Assembly (NCBI GenBank): GCA_024638445.1 | Contig: JAHEKH010000002.1 | Span: forward strand, 4,172-68,171 | Reading direction: 5' to 3' | Source: Gammaproteobacteria bacterium | Lineage (GTDB): Bacteria > Pseudomonadota > Gammaproteobacteria > Steroidobacterales > JABDKV01 | Length of the DNA stretch: 64,000 nt | Shown here: positions 9,378-19,292 of the stretch, piece by piece | How positions within the stretch are numbered: position 1 is the stretch's first letter | How the letters are laid out: every line of letters starts with the position of its first letter | Notes under the pieces: generated by a model | The model's input: the letters and a program-made list of their open reading frames with translations, nothing else | The model's database searches: none | Told to the model about the DNA's origin: nothing | Translations under genes and position numbers: made by a program

Positions 9378-10697
9378 TTAAGGCAGCTGTCGGTCGATGA
9401 CGGCAGGCCGGTTGGCCGGCTTGTCCTTCCCGACGGTGCAGGCAGCACTCAACAATTGTTCCGCATGTTCTGCGGCGGGCTCGGATGCGGCATGGATGAT
9501 GGCCAGCGGCCGGTCCGGGCCGACCTCCGAACCGATCGGCGCGATGTGGCTTAAACCAACGGCGAGATCCAGCGTATCGTCCAGCGTCTGGCGGCCCCCG
9601 CCCAGCTCGACGACGGTGTTGCCCACCTGGAAACAGTCGACCGCCTGCAGGTACCCGGCGCTTCGCGGGGTCACGGCAAGTTCGACGCCTGCCCTGGGCA
9701 AATAGTGTTCATAGCGCTCGACAAAGTCGGCGGGTCCGCCCAGCGCGGCTACCATACGGCCGAAAGTCTCGGCGGCCCGTCCCGACTCCAGCGCGTCGAT
9801 GACCCGTGAGCGTGCCGCGTCGTCGTCAGACTCGAGCTCACCCGCGATCAGCATTTGCGCAGTCAGCCCCACGACCACGTCGTGCAGCCGCGGCTCGCGA
9901 TCCTCACCGCGCAGGTAGGCCATGGATTCGCCGATCTCCAGCGCGTTGCCCGCGGTGTGGCCCAGCGTTTCGTTCATGTCGGTGATCAGCGCATGGGTGG
10001 TCAGGCCGCTGCTTTGCGCCGTACCAATGATGCTGCGGGTGAGCTTCATGGCCCGATCGAGCGTTGGCATAAACGCGCCGTTGCCGCACTTGACGTCCAT
10101 GACCAGCGCGGTCAGGCCGGCGGCAATTTTTTTCGACAGGATGGATGCGGTGATCAGCGGTACGGATTCGACGGTACCTGTCACGTCCCTGATAGCATAA
10201 AAACGGCGATCGGCCGGAGCCAGTTCGCTGGTCTGGCCGATAATCGCGCAGCCCACCGATCGGACCACCTCTCGAAAACGGTCGAGACCGGGCAGGGGAT
10301 CGTAGCCGGGAATGCTGCCGATCTTGTCCAGCGTGCCACCGGTGTGGCCCAGCCCACGGCCCGAAATCATCGGCACGTAGCAGCCACAGGCAGCTGCCAG
10401 CGGAGCCAGTAGAAAACTGACCTTGTCGCCAACGCCACCGGTCGAATGCTTGTCGACGACCGGACCATCAAGCCCGACGTCCGACCAGTCCAGCACGGTC
10501 CCCGACCGGGACATGGCCATCGTGAGTAAACCGGCTTCCTCGACAGTCATCGACTTGAGAAATATGGCCATGGCCATTGCCGAGACCTGCTCGGCGGGAA
10601 TGCTGCCGTCGGTCAGACCGCGCACGAAATAGTCGATTTCACCCGGCGTCAGGGTATGACCGTCACGCTTCCTTCGAATGACATCGGTGAACAGCAT
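9378..10697 (-). CDS. deoA: Thymidine phosphorylase
   Basis: 439 aa. N-terminal IRRKRDGHTLTPGEIDYFVRG and DKHSTGGVGDKVS motifs. Confidence 0.92.
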   Translation of the reverse strand: MLFTDVIRRKRDGHTLTPGEIDYFVRGLTDGSIPAEQVSAMAMAIFLKSMTVEEAGLLTMAMSRSGTVLDWSDVGLDGPVVDKHSTGGVGDKVSFLLAPLAAACGCYVPMISGRGLGHTGGTLDKIGSIPGYDPLPGLDRFREVVRSVGCAIIGQTSELAPADRRFYAIRDVTGTVESVPLITASILSKKIAAGLTALVMDVKCGNGAFMPTLDRAMKLTRSIIGTAQSSGLTTHALITDMNETLGHTAGNALEIGESMAYLRGEDREPRLHDVVVGLTAQMLIAGELESDDDAARSRVIDALESGRAAETFGRMVAALGGPADFVERYEHYLPRAGVELAVTPRSAGYLQAVDCFQVGNTVVELGGGRQTLDDTLDLAVGLSHIAPIGSEVGPDRPLAIIHAASEPAAEHAEQLLSAACTVGKDKPANRPAVIDRQLP

Positions 10698-10705
10698 CGT
10701 TGTGG

Positions 10706-11326
10706 CTAACGGGTTCCAAACAAACGGTCGCCGGCATCACCGAGACCGGGAACGATATATTTCTTTTCGTTGAGGTAGTCGTCGACGCTGGCGGTGTAAA
10801 TCGTTATGTCCGGGTGGGCCGACTCCACGGTGGCTATACCCTCGGGGCAAGTAACAATGCAGACGACGATACCGCGCTTCATGCCGTTAGCTTTCAGGGC
10901 GTCCAGTGCAGCGACGGTGGAGCCGCCGGTGGCCAGCATCGGGTCGACCACGATGTAGATCGCGCTATCGGTATTCACCGGCATCTTGTTGTAGTACTCG
11001 ACCGGCTGCTTGGTGGCTTCGTCACGATACAGGCCCATAAAGCCGACCCGGGCAGTTGGGACGAGCTCCAGGATGCCGTCCAGCATGCCGATCCCGGCGC
11101 GCAGGATCGGGATCACGAACACGTCGTTGGCGATCTTGCGGCACTGCGCGGTGGCCACGGGTGTCTGGACCTCGACGTCTTCCAGCTCGAGATTTTTCAG
11201 CGCCTCGTAGCAGACGAACATGGTGATCTCGGTTGCCAGTTCTCTGAATCGCTTGTGCCCGGTTTCCGCGTCGCGTATCAGCGCGAGCTTGTGCTGGACA
11301 CATGGGTGATCGACTTCGACGTGCAT
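10706..11326 (-). CDS. upp: Uracil phosphoribosyltransferase
   Basis: HPCVQHKLALIRD, ILRAGIGMLDG, the PRPP loop IVVDPMLATGGS, and the C-terminal PGLGDAGDRLFGT. Confidence 0.95.
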   Translation of the reverse strand: MHVEVDHPCVQHKLALIRDAETGHKRFRELATEITMFVCYEALKNLELEDVEVQTPVATAQCRKIANDVFVIPILRAGIGMLDGILELVPTARVGFMGLYRDEATKQPVEYYNKMPVNTDSAIYIVVDPMLATGGSTVAALDALKANGMKRGIVVCIVTCPEGIATVESAHPDITIYTASVDDYLNEKKYIVPGLGDAGDRLFGTR

Positions 11327-11439
11327 CCCCGTTCCCCCTGGTTATTCCTGCACGGGCTCCAGACAAGTAAACTAAAGTAACATGAAAAAGCGACGGCCAT
11401 CTATTGGCTGGCGCCTGGCAGCAGGGGATCGAATCAGTT

Positions 11440-12027
11440 ATGGCAAGGCTCTATTTTTACTATTCGTCGATGAACGCAGGCAAGACAACCGCGCTGCTGC
11501 AGGCCAGCTACAACTACCGGGAGCGAGGCATGGATACGCTGGTCCTGTCACCCGTAGTCGACGACCGTTATGGCGCCGGCAAAGTGGTTTCGAGGATCGG
11601 TCTCGAAACCAGGTCGTATGATTTTTCTCCGGCCGAAGACCTGCTCGACGTCGTCACCCGCACTCATGACAAGAGCCCCATCGGTTGCGTGCTGATCGAT
11701 GAGGCACAGTTCCTGACCAAGGACCAGGTTTTCCAGCTCGGTGAAGTCACCGACCAGCTGAATATTCCGGTTTTGGCTTATGGACTGCGGACCGACTTCC
11801 AGGGCGAACCTTTCGAGGGCAGCAAGTACCTGCTGGCCTGGGCCGATAACCTGAAAGAGATCAAGGCAATTTGCGATTGCGGCACCAAGGCGACGATGGT
11901 AGTGCGGCTGGATGAGCAAGGCCGCGCGATCCGGGACGGTTCGCAGATCGAGATTGGCGGTAACGATCGCTACATTTCGTTATGCCGCCGGCACTTCAAG
12001 GCACGGTTTTACGATGACAACGACTAG
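11440..12027 (+). CDS. tdk: Thymidine kinase
   Basis: Internal ATG at 11440 gives [20 protein letters not shown] (P-loop). Zinc-ribbon Cys residues at CDCG and LCRRHF. Confidence 0.92.
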   Translation: MARLYFYYSSMNAGKTTALLQASYNYRERGMDTLVLSPVVDDRYGAGKVVSRIGLETRSYDFSPAEDLLDVVTRTHDKSPIGCVLIDEAQFLTKDQVFQLGEVTDQLNIPVLAYGLRTDFQGEPFEGSKYLLAWADNLKEIKAICDCGTKATMVVRLDEQGRAIRDGSQIEIGGNDRYISLCRRHFKARFYDDND

Positions 12028-13846
12028 GTATGTCCTGTTCGCGTGTGTCATCGCAATTCTCCAGTCCGCCGTTGCGGCGGATCACGAAAACCACCTGCCG
12101 CCGCTGCCGCCATGGAACCCTCAGAACCTGGGCCTTATCGCTGCGCCGGACGATCCCTGGATCACGCCGGCCGAGCTGAGCGGCCTGACCACAACGCCAC
12201 GTTACGACGAGACGATTCAGTGGCTGAAAAAACTCGATAGCGCTGCCCGCGAGATCAACCTGGTTTCTATCGGCCGCAGTGACCAGGGCCGCGAAATCTG
12301 GATGGTGGTCGCGGCAAAAAATGGCGCCACAACGCCAAAACGACTGGCCCGCAGCGGCAAACCGCTGGTGCTGGCCCAGGCGGGTATTCACGCGGGTGAA
12401 ATTGACGGCAAGGATGCCGGACTCATGCTGTTGCGTGATCTTACGGTATCGGGCCAACGCGCTGCGCTGCTCGATCGTGTCAACCTGCTGTTTATCCCCG
12501 TGCTCAATGTCGACGGGCACGAACGGTTCAGCGCTTACGGGCGCATCAACCAGCGTGGCCCCGCGGAGATGGGCTGGCGTACGAATGGCCGCAACCTGAA
12601 CCTGAATCGCGACTACGCCAAGCTGGAAACGCCCGGAGTGCGCGCGGTGGTGCAGGTTATCGACGAGTGGCAGCCCGATCTTTATATCGATCTGCACGTC
12701 ACTGACGGTATCGACTACCAGTACGACATCACCTGGGGCTACAACGGCACCCACGCCTGGTCGCCGGCAATAGCGGGCTGGCTGACGCAGTACCTGGAGC
12801 CTGCGGCAACCGCTGCGCTCAACGACCGCGGCCACGTGCCCGGCCCGCTGGTGTTTGCCAAGAACTACGACGACTACAGCGCCGGCATTTCTGCCTGGAC
12901 CGCCGGTCCACGTTATTCCAATGGTTATGGCGACGCCCGGCACCTGCCCACTGTGCTGGTCGAGAATCATTCACTCAAGCCCTACCTGCAGCGGGTGCTG
13001 GGTACCTACGTGTTCCTGGAAGCCGTCCTGCAGGTGGCAGGGGAGCACGGAACAGCGTTACGCGAGGCGATTGCCAAAGACCGCAACAGCCGGCCTGACC
13101 CCGTGGTACTCAGCTGGAAGGAAGGGGCTGGTACGTTGCCCGAGTCGCTGTTTTTCAAGGGTGTCGAGTCGTTTCGCGAATATTCGCCGGTGACCGGGGA
13201 CAGTATCGTGCGCTGGACGGGACAACCGGTCGAGCTGCCGGTCGCCGTCCGCGCCGGCGATCAGCCCGGCGAACTGGCCCGCCGGCCGGCGTCGTATTAC
13301 ATCCCGGCGGAATGGGGCGACATCGCTCAGCGCCTGCGGGATCACGGTATAACGGTGAGCACGCTGGATGAACCCCGGATCATCGATGTGCGGCGGTACC
13401 GGCTGCCGTCAGCCGTTGTCGCATCCGGTGCGAATCCTTTCGAGGGCCGGCTGCGAATCGATCCGGGTGCCCCGGTACCGGTAGACGGACCCGCCGAGTT
13501 TCGTCCGGGCGACTTCGTGGTCGATACCGACCAGCCCCTCGGAACGCTCGCGATGCTGTTGCTGGAACCGCTCTCGCCGGATTCGTTTTTGCAGTGGGGC
13601 TATTTCCTCGAGATCATGAACCGCACCGAGTACTTCGAAGACTATGCCGTCGAACCCCTGGCGGCACAGATGATGCGCAACGATCCTGATCTGGCGCGGC
13701 GCTTCAGGGAAAGGCTGGACGCTGACCCGGCGTTTGCCGCCGACCCGGTTCGGCGCCTGCACTGGTTTTACGGGCAGACCCCGTTTCACGATCAACGGTA
13801 TCGGCTGTACCCGGTCGCCCGCAGCGTGAACCCGCAAGCCGATTGA
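12014..13846 (+). CDS. Secreted M14 family zinc carboxypeptidase
   Basis: Internal ATG at 12014 (14-nt overlap with tdk) gives signal peptide [22 protein letters not shown]. HxxE zinc motif in [15 protein letters not shown]. Confidence 0.8.
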   Translation: MTTTRYVLFACVIAILQSAVAADHENHLPPLPPWNPQNLGLIAAPDDPWITPAELSGLTTTPRYDETIQWLKKLDSAAREINLVSIGRSDQGREIWMVVAAKNGATTPKRLARSGKPLVLAQAGIHAGEIDGKDAGLMLLRDLTVSGQRAALLDRVNLLFIPVLNVDGHERFSAYGRINQRGPAEMGWRTNGRNLNLNRDYAKLETPGVRAVVQVIDEWQPDLYIDLHVTDGIDYQYDITWGYNGTHAWSPAIAGWLTQYLEPAATAALNDRGHVPGPLVFAKNYDDYSAGISAWTAGPRYSNGYGDARHLPTVLVENHSLKPYLQRVLGTYVFLEAVLQVAGEHGTALREAIAKDRNSRPDPVVLSWKEGAGTLPESLFFKGVESFREYSPVTGDSIVRWTGQPVELPVAVRAGDQPGELARRPASYYIPAEWGDIAQRLRDHGITVSTLDEPRIIDVRRYRLPSAVVASGANPFEGRLRIDPGAPVPVDGPAEFRPGDFVVDTDQPLGTLAMLLLEPLSPDSFLQWGYFLEIMNRTEYFEDYAVEPLAAQMMRNDPDLARRFRERLDADPAFAADPVRRLHWFYGQTPFHDQRYRLYPVARSVNPQAD

Positions 13847-13873
13847 CGGTCGGATCGGTTAGCGGGAGGCAAG

Positions 13874-14803
13874 ATGTCTGAGTCCTCGGTCAGCCAGCAA
13901 CGTCGACGATTTCTCCGGGTCATGGGCTCCATACCCCTGCTGGCTGCTGCGCCACGCGTGGCGTTGTCCGCCGATACGCCGCTGCGACGGGTCATTCCCG
14001 CCACCGGGGAACAGGTCCCGGTCATCGGGATGGGCACCTGGGGCACGTTTGATATTGGCGCCAGCGCGCCAAAACGGACGCAGCGGGCCGAAGTCATGCG
14101 GCGGTTCCTGGCGGCTGGCGGCACGCTGATCGACTCCTCGCCGATGTATGGCAGTTCCGAGGAAAACATTGGTTACAGCCTGGCAAAACTCGGTGGCGCT
14201 GATTCGTTTTCGGCCACCAAGGTCTGGATCCTGGGGCGTGAGCGTGGCGTCGAACAGATGCGTGAGTCGATGCGCCTGTGGGGCGTTCAACGATTCGACC
14301 TGATGCAGATCCATAACTTCCTGGACTGGGAGACCCACCTCGTCACGCTGAGGGAATGGAAGGAAGCCGGCCTGGTGCGCTACATCGGCATTACTACCTC
14401 GCATGGCCGGCGTGCTGCCGACATGGCGCGGGTGATCCGCTCCGAACCCGCTTTTGATTTCGTGCAGCTGACCTACAACCTCGCCGACCGTGACGCAGAG
14501 CGAACTTTGCTGCCGCTGGCGGCTGATCATGGCAAGGCGGTAATCGTCAACCGGCCGTTTCGCCGGCGGCAGCTGATCAACGCGGTCCGGCACGCACCGC
14601 TGCCCGGATTTGCCGCCGAGATCGGCTGCGAGACCTGGCCCCAGCTGCTGCTCAAGTTCATCGTCTCCCACCCGGCCGTAACCTGTGCGATTCCTGCAAC
14701 CTCGCAACCGGATCACATGTCCGAGAACATGGCAGCCTGTTACGGCCCCCTGCCGGACGACAAACAGCGCCGTGAGCTGCTGCAGTATTTCGCCAGGATC
14801 TGA
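13874..14803 (+). CDS. Aldo/keto reductase with twin-arginine signal
   Basis: QQRRRFLRVMGSIPLLAAAPRVALSA Tat leader. AKR body (VIGMGTWGTFD, DLMQIHNF, ITTSH). Confidence 0.85.
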   Translation: MSESSVSQQRRRFLRVMGSIPLLAAAPRVALSADTPLRRVIPATGEQVPVIGMGTWGTFDIGASAPKRTQRAEVMRRFLAAGGTLIDSSPMYGSSEENIGYSLAKLGGADSFSATKVWILGRERGVEQMRESMRLWGVQRFDLMQIHNFLDWETHLVTLREWKEAGLVRYIGITTSHGRRAADMARVIRSEPAFDFVQLTYNLADRDAERTLLPLAADHGKAVIVNRPFRRRQLINAVRHAPLPGFAAEIGCETWPQLLLKFIVSHPAVTCAIPATSQPDHMSENMAACYGPLPDDKQRRELLQYFARI

Positions 14804-14861
14804 GCCTAGAGGTGTGCCTTTCGGCGGTCGCAAAGGCGGCACGTGAACTGCGTCGCAAACC

Positions 14862-15176
14862 ATGAATTGGCGCGTTGTGCCGGTCCCGGGATTTCGCTAT
14901 CGTCAGGCCATGACCCTGAGAGAGCGTGTCGAACAACTCTTGCCCAACTGGGAAGGCTGGTATCCCAGCCTGTTCGACGCCGCGCGCGACCTCGGAATCA
15001 TTCGCGCACGACCCTGTCCGCCGTCTTCCCTGTTGCTGTCGAACCGGCACGCCGGTGTAACGAGTGCCGCCATGGAGGCCCATCGCGAGCAGTGGGGGGG
15101 AACGGGGCAGCCGGCTAACGGCAAGGCCCGCAAAAAGCGCGCCAAAAAACGCCGCACCAACGGCCGGCACATGTAA
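14862..15176 (+). CDS. Hypothetical small protein with polybasic C-terminus (true start may be ATG 14910)
   Basis: Third-codon positions are mostly G/C, as in neighbouring genes. No recognisable domain and no clear RBS. C-terminus is GKARKKRAKKRRTNGRHM. Confidence 0.3.
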   Translation: MNWRVVPVPGFRYRQAMTLRERVEQLLPNWEGWYPSLFDAARDLGIIRARPCPPSSLLLSNRHAGVTSAAMEAHREQWGGTGQPANGKARKKRAKKRRTNGRHM

Positions 15177-15180
15177 GCTT

Positions 15181-15720
15181 CTACGGCCAGAGCCAGCCAA
15201 ACACGCCCGCGGTCAGCAGCGCGTAGATCAACGCATCGAACAGCGTCTTGGCGCTCGATGCCCAGGGCTTGCCGAACCAGATCGAATCCTGGATCCCGGA
15301 GAACCCGTAGGCCAGCCATGCAGCGACGCCGGTGACCTGGAACACCTTCAGGTAGCTCGCGCCTGTGGGCAGCATTGAGGACGCCAGGTAGGCAATGATA
15401 GTGGCGACTACTACGTAGTAGACAATTTGCTGGACCAGGTTTTTTCCCATGCTGAGAGAACCGCTGCCTACCACGGTCAGGAAAGCCACCGGGCCGACCT
15501 CGAATTTTCTCCTGTCTTCATCGGAAATATTCGAGGGGTCGGCGATATGCGGGATGTTGTATTGGCCCGGTTCCAGGCTGCGCAGTGCTTCGCGGGCTGC
15601 ATCCTCGTCGTCTACTTTGCCGTAATCGGATTTGTGGTGTGGCAGGACCATCCAGATGAGCGCGCCGGCAAACCAGCACAGCGCCGCAGAGACCAGGACA
15701 GGAATCCATAGCGATTGCAC
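15181..15720 (-). CDS. Hypothetical membrane protein (about 4 TM), last gene of the GGDEF-SLC13 operon
   Basis: GTG start preceded by gagagg. TM-soluble loop-TM architecture. Starts 24 nt after the SLC13 gene stop. Confidence 0.7.
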   Translation of the reverse strand: MQSLWIPVLVSAALCWFAGALIWMVLPHHKSDYGKVDDEDAAREALRSLEPGQYNIPHIADPSNISDEDRRKFEVGPVAFLTVVGSGSLSMGKNLVQQIVYYVVVATIIAYLASSMLPTGASYLKVFQVTGVAAWLAYGFSGIQDSIWFGKPWASSAKTLFDALIYALLTAGVFGWLWP

Positions 15721-15744
15721 GATGTATTACCTCTCGATTGCCTG

Positions 15745-17112
15745 TCAGGAAAAGAAGTAGAAACAGAGCAGGGTGACAACCGCGACACCGCAGAGATTGA
15801 GGATCAGCCCTTCACGCGCCATTTCCCTGATTTTTACCCGCCCGCTGCTGAATACCACCGCGTTGGGCCCGGTTGCGACCGGCAGCATGAACGCGCAGCT
15901 CGCCGTCATGGCTGCGGGGATCATCAGCAGTCGCGGATCGATTCCTGTCGATACGGCAGCGGCGGCAAAAATCGGCATGAGCAGCGCGGTCGTCGCCGTG
16001 TTGCTGGTCACCTCGGTCAGGAAGGTGACGGTCAGGCAAATCATGCCAATGACGAGCAGCAGGGGCAGGTGCTGCAGGCCGGATAACGATTCGCCTATGG
16101 CGACACTGATGCCGGAATTTCCAAACGCTTTTGCAATAGCGATACCGGCGCCGAACAGGATCAGGATGCCCCAGGGAATGCGGCTGGCGGTATGCCAGTC
16201 CAGCAGCTTCTCGCCACGGCCATTCGGGACCAGGAACATGACGACGACCGCGAGCAGCGCAACGCTGGCATCGTTGGCGTTGTTCAGCCCGAGCAGCCCG
16301 CTCCAGCCGCCAAAGGGTTCGCGCCGGGTGATCCACAGCAACGCGGTAAGCGCGAACACCGCCAGCGTGCGAACTTCCTCGGTGCGCCAGACGCCCGGAT
16401 CGGGTATCTCGAGGTCCTCGCCCCGGCGCAGGCCCCGCGTGAGCCATAGCCCGATAATGGGCACCATCACCAGCGTTACAGGCAGACCCCACCGCATCCA
16501 TTCCAGGAACGTGAGCTGGTTACCGGTCGTGTCGGAGTAGACCTCCATGAAAATGAGGTTGGGTGGCGTGCCGATCGGTGTGCCGATTCCCCCGACGCTG
16601 CCGGCATAGGCGATTCCCAGCAGCAGGGCGAGCTGCAGCCGGTGGTCTCTCGACTTTTCAGTGACCGCCAGCACGATAGGCAACAGCATCAGCACGGTGG
16701 CCGTGTTGGAAATCCACATGCTGAGCGTCGCCGAGGCCGCCATGAATCCAAAGACCAGCGGGCGGCCGCCACCGCCACCAAACAGGTTGACCATGTTCAG
16801 CGCGAGACGGCGATGCACGCCGCTTCGTTCCATGGCCGTCGACAGCATGAAGCCGCCCATCAGCAGCAATATGAGCGGGCTGCCATAAGACTGGCCGACC
16901 TCGGCGGGGGTAAGCACCCCGACCATCGGCAGCAGCGCCAGCGGCAGCAGCGAAGTCGCGGGAATGGGAATGGGTTCGAAAATCCACCAGCTGGCGCACA
17001 GGATCGTTACGGCAGCGGTCCAGCCGACGGCAGGAGCGGACCCGGAGAAGACCAGGTAGAAGCCCGTCAGAGCGGCCACCAGCGGACCGGCCAGCAATGC
17101 TATTTTTCTCAA
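15745..17112 (-). CDS. SLC13/DASS family anion (sulfate/di-tricarboxylate) symporter
   Basis: 455-aa polytopic protein. SNTATVLMLLPI and TSNTATTALLMPI hairpin motifs characteristic of DASS/SLC13 permeases. Confidence 0.85.
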   Translation of the reverse strand: MRKIALLAGPLVAALTGFYLVFSGSAPAVGWTAAVTILCASWWIFEPIPIPATSLLPLALLPMVGVLTPAEVGQSYGSPLILLLMGGFMLSTAMERSGVHRRLALNMVNLFGGGGGRPLVFGFMAASATLSMWISNTATVLMLLPIVLAVTEKSRDHRLQLALLLGIAYAGSVGGIGTPIGTPPNLIFMEVYSDTTGNQLTFLEWMRWGLPVTLVMVPIIGLWLTRGLRRGEDLEIPDPGVWRTEEVRTLAVFALTALLWITRREPFGGWSGLLGLNNANDASVALLAVVVMFLVPNGRGEKLLDWHTASRIPWGILILFGAGIAIAKAFGNSGISVAIGESLSGLQHLPLLLVIGMICLTVTFLTEVTSNTATTALLMPIFAAAAVSTGIDPRLLMIPAAMTASCAFMLPVATGPNAVVFSSGRVKIREMAREGLILNLCGVAVVTLLCFYFFS

Positions 17113-17146
17113 GATTGCCTCCCCGGAGGAAGGCTATCACAACGTT

Positions 17147-19036
17147 TCAGCTATCACCGGCAGGGCGGCGGAACTCGACTACATGCTCAAAATCATGATG
17201 TTCGTCATCGTCACGATAGACCGCAACGCCTTTGCCGGTGCCCGCCGCAACCCGGTTCCGGCCCACAGCCTTGGCATGATAGAGCGCATCGTCTGCCTGC
17301 TGGATCAGTTCGTCATAGCCGCTGTCGCGCCCGGGTACGACCGCCGCGGCACCGAGACTTAGCGTCACCCTGCCGCTTCCCGAGCCCGTGTGCTCAATTG
17401 CCAGGTCTTCCACTACGCGCCGTGTTCGTTCGGCAACGCCGAGTGCATCAGTCAGGTCGGTATTGGCCAGGACCATGATGAATTCCTCGCCACCATAGCG
17501 GGCGACGAGATCGAACGGACGCCAGACGCTGGCGGAGAGCGCACCGCCAATCTTCGACAGGCACTGGTCGCCAGCCTGGTGGCCATAGGTATCGTTGTAG
17601 GCTTTGAAATGATCGATATCGATGAGGACGATCGCTACGGATTGCTGTTCGCGCATGCAGTGGCGCCAGACCTGGTCCAGGGTTTCACCGAACTGTCGCC
17701 GGTTGGGCAGGCCGGTGAGTTCGTCGACGCTGCTCAGCGTCTTGAGCTTGCGGTTTGTGTGCTCCAGCTCGATGGTCCTGCTGCGGATCTCGCGTTCCCG
17801 GCGTGACAGCGTCGACTCGAGCTGTTCGCGGTAGTGGCGGCCGGCTTCGATCGCTGCGGTGAGCTGGCGGTAGGTGTTTTGCAGGCGCTCAGCCATGGAC
17901 TGCAGGTAACCGAATACGTCTGCAATTTCCCTGGGCGTGCCTGCCGGGGGCTCGATGTCGGCTTCCATACCCTCGAGGTCGAGTTTTCGAACGGCATCGT
18001 TCAGCGCCTGCAGTGGCCGGCTGACGCGTCGTGCGATCGCCGCTGCCAGAAAAACGGCCAGGATTACGGCGGCAGCAAGCCAGGCGGCGCTGTTGGCAGT
18101 GTCGCTGCGAATATCCCGCCCGAGGCTGGCTCGCGTCATGCTGGTGATGGCCTGCCAGCCCATTGCAGACGTGGCGCGGGCCCGAACGTGTGATTCCGTT
18201 TCCTCGACGCGAAACGGCTGCAGTATTTCGTTGAAACCATCGGTGCTGAATATCACGCGGTCGCGATGATCGAGGATTACCAGGCTGACCTCGGCGCCGG
18301 TGCTTCCCACGGCAAAGCGCGACAAGGCCTGGAGGTTGAGCGAGCCCTCCACGATGCCCCAGGGGCTTTGGTCCTTGTGCCGCACCAGCGCACTGACGGC
18401 GATGATCGGGTCGTTGCCGAGGCCACGTCCTTCGAAAGCCTCCGAGACGAATACCCCGCCACGCCGGATGGGTTCGATGAAGTACCGCCGGTCCGCGATA
18501 TTGTGATCGAGCTGAGCGATACGCGCTGGCCGCCCCTGTACGAGTGCCGTTGCCGTTATGATGTCACCGTTTTTCGTCGCGGCAAGCATCGTCAGGTAGT
18601 CGCCATAGAGCGAGTGATGCGAGAGGAGCCACTCGGTGATGGATTGCGTGTCATACCTGCCTGCGCGCTCGATGCTGGCGGCAAGGCTTGCAATGCCGGT
18701 CTCGTGTTTTTCGAAGAACTGGTCGAGGCCCGCCGCAACCCGCGATGCGGATTGTTGCAGCATGTCGGTGGCCCGCTCTTCACGCTGTTCGGCCGCACGG
18801 GAAATGAGAATGGCCGACAGTGCAATAGCGGGAATAATCGCCAGCAGGCCGAGACCGGTAATGAGTTCCTGCCTGATGGAATGGCGTGCCAGCCAGGCCA
18901 GGCTTGCCGCGGGTCGTTGCCGGGTTCCGGCAAACAGTACAAGTGCGTAGATTGCCAGCCCGACAAATAACGTTGCCGCGATGATCGGGCCAGGGCCCGG
19001 CAGCAGCCAGCTGTCTTGTAGAGGTTCAGGTCGCAT
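17147..19036 (-). CDS. Sensor diguanylate cyclase (2 TM, periplasmic Cache-like domain, HAMP, coiled coil, GGDEF)
   Basis: Active site RYGGEEF preceded by an RxxD I-site (RPFD, five residues upstream). HAMP-like RRVSRPLQALNDAVRKL. Confidence 0.9.
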   Translation of the reverse strand: MRPEPLQDSWLLPGPGPIIAATLFVGLAIYALVLFAGTRQRPAASLAWLARHSIRQELITGLGLLAIIPAIALSAILISRAAEQREERATDMLQQSASRVAAGLDQFFEKHETGIASLAASIERAGRYDTQSITEWLLSHHSLYGDYLTMLAATKNGDIITATALVQGRPARIAQLDHNIADRRYFIEPIRRGGVFVSEAFEGRGLGNDPIIAVSALVRHKDQSPWGIVEGSLNLQALSRFAVGSTGAEVSLVILDHRDRVIFSTDGFNEILQPFRVEETESHVRARATSAMGWQAITSMTRASLGRDIRSDTANSAAWLAAAVILAVFLAAAIARRVSRPLQALNDAVRKLDLEGMEADIEPPAGTPREIADVFGYLQSMAERLQNTYRQLTAAIEAGRHYREQLESTLSRREREIRSRTIELEHTNRKLKTLSSVDELTGLPNRRQFGETLDQVWRHCMREQQSVAIVLIDIDHFKAYNDTYGHQAGDQCLSKIGGALSASVWRPFDLVARYGGEEFIMVLANTDLTDALGVAERTRRVVEDLAIEHTGSGSGRVTLSLGAAAVVPGRDSGYDELIQQADDALYHAKAVGRNRVAAGTGKGVAVYRDDDEHHDFEHVVEFRRPAGDS

Positions 19037-19178
19037 GTATACGGACTTAAACGGCCGCCCGAGTCATTGCTTGAGTGATTGATGCGTCGCAGCAATCGAC
19101 CGATAACCAGCGGCCATTCGACCCCGGGCCTGAATGACGCTAAAGTTTTCGATCCTGCTTATGGAAATTGCAGGGTGA

Positions 19179-19226
19179 GAAACCGCCAACGGGGTTGAAG
19201 GCAGGTTTCAAATTTTAAGTTTTTTG
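19179..19226 (+). other. Hairpin plus T-rich tract in the leader of the TonB2-type operon (possible attenuator or small RNA 3' end)
   Basis: gaaacc(19179-19184)...ggtttc(19204-19209) with inner gcc/ggc and aac/gtt pairs, followed by aaattttaagtttttt. About 65 nt upstream of the ATG at 19293. Confidence 0.2.
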
Positions 19227-19292
19227 TTGGGGGAACTCGGTGGACGTTCTGGCCGCTGGTTCTGACTGAATTGTCTAGAAAAGGTAACGGAT

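Noticed and set aside
11996-14863. Minus-strand ORFs 11996..12970 (324 aa) and 13859..14863 (334 aa)
   Set aside because: They are antisense to the M14 peptidase and the aldo/keto reductase, are Arg/Gly/Pro-rich, and carry no motifs.
19037-19292. Fur box upstream of the TonB2-type cluster
   Set aside because: No reasonable match to the GATAATGATAATCATTATC consensus, only scattered short AT-rich segments.
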